Shown one piece after another: positions 63,401 through 64,000 of a stretch of DNA of 64,000 nucleotides. The stretch is taken from assembly GCA_040954595.2 (NCBI GenBank), contig CM082594.2, forward strand, positions 9,924,296-9,988,295, read 5' to 3'. Within the stretch, counting starts at the first letter, position 1; each line of letters opens with the position of its first letter. The notes under the pieces were generated by a model, which saw nothing but the letters and a program-made list of their open reading frames with translations, ran no database searches and was not told the origin of the DNA. This DNA is from Balanoglossus misakiensis (taxonomy: Eukaryota; Animalia; Hemichordata). The position numbers and the translations under genes were made by a program.

Positions 63401-64000
63401 AAAATTTGGCCGATTTTTGAAAAAAACCATGGGTTATAGCTCAGGAAATCATCAAAAAATGACAATTTTTCGACTTTGCGGAAAATCAAAATTTGGCCGA
63501 TTTTTGAAAAAAACCATGGGTTATAGCTCAGGAAATCATCAAAAAATGACAATTTTTCGACTTTGCGGAAAATCAAAATTTGGCCGATTTTTGAAAAAAA
63601 CCATGGGTTATAGCTCAGGAAATCATCAAAAAATGACAATTTTTCGACTTTGCGGAAAATCAAAATTTGGCCGATTTTTGAAAAAAACCATGGGTTATAG
63701 CTCAGGAAATCATCAAAAAATGACAATTTTTCGACTTTGCGGAAAATGAAAATTTGGCCGATTTTTGAAAAAAACCATGGGTTATAGCTCAGGAAATCAT
63801 CAAAAAATGACAATTTTTCGACTTTGCGGAAAATGAAAATTTGGCCGATTTTTGAAAAAAACCATGGGTTATAGCTCAGGAAATCATCAAAAAATGACAA
63901 TTTTTCGACTTTGCGGAAAATCAAAATTTGGCCGATTTTTGAAAAAAACCATGGGTTATAGCTCAGGAAATCATCAAAAAATGACAATTTTTCGACTTTG
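48490..64000. repeat. 87-bp satellite DNA array, at least 15.5 kb, ~178 copies, running off the window end
   Basis: Consensus CCATGGGTTATAGCTCAGGAAATCATCAAAAAATGACAATTTTTCGACTTTGCGGAAAATCAAAATTTGGCCGATTTTTGAAAAAAA (e.g. 48896-48982); interior units differ by about 0-2 nt. Confidence 0.99.

Noticed and set aside
48667-63987. Long repeat ORFs as real protein-coding genes (e.g. LRR- or TALE-like repeat proteins)
   Set aside because: DNA-level near-identity without synonymous bias, frameshifting indels, ORFs on both strands and no unique terminal domains: this is satellite DNA
48490-64000. CRISPR-like array
   Set aside because: Head-to-tail identical monomers with no unique spacers, no cas genes, spliceosomal-intron context

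Overview
Eukaryotic (invertebrate animal) genomic DNA with two parts. (1) A complete + strand DCC/neogenin/frazzled/UNC-40 family netrin receptor gene. I reconstructed it by hand as 24 core coding exons from ATG 1555 to TGA 46184. All introns are GT-AG with consistent phases, giving 4212 nt / 1403 aa: signal peptide, 4 Ig domains, 6 FN3 domains, a transmembrane helix and cytoplasmic P1, P2 and P3 motifs. Intron 1 is 19.2 kb. Several extra frame-preserving or truncating candidate exons sit in the inter-domain linkers where vertebrate neogenin/DCC are alternatively spliced. The introns carry small hairpin-like MITEs, including two 86-bp nested palindromes with shared termini but different self-complementary cores, plus microsatellites. 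(2) About 200 bp after the likely poly(A) signal, a homogeneous 87-bp satellite array begins (~48490 to window end, at least 15.5 kb, ~178 copies). It has diverged edge units and nascent 11-, 14- and 20-mer higher-order duplications. The very long ORFs in the ORF track over this array are read as by-products of a stop-free unit whose length is divisible by 3. No prokaryotic systems, CRISPR arrays or RNA genes were found. Species, transcription start and isoform usage cannot be established from the sequence alone.
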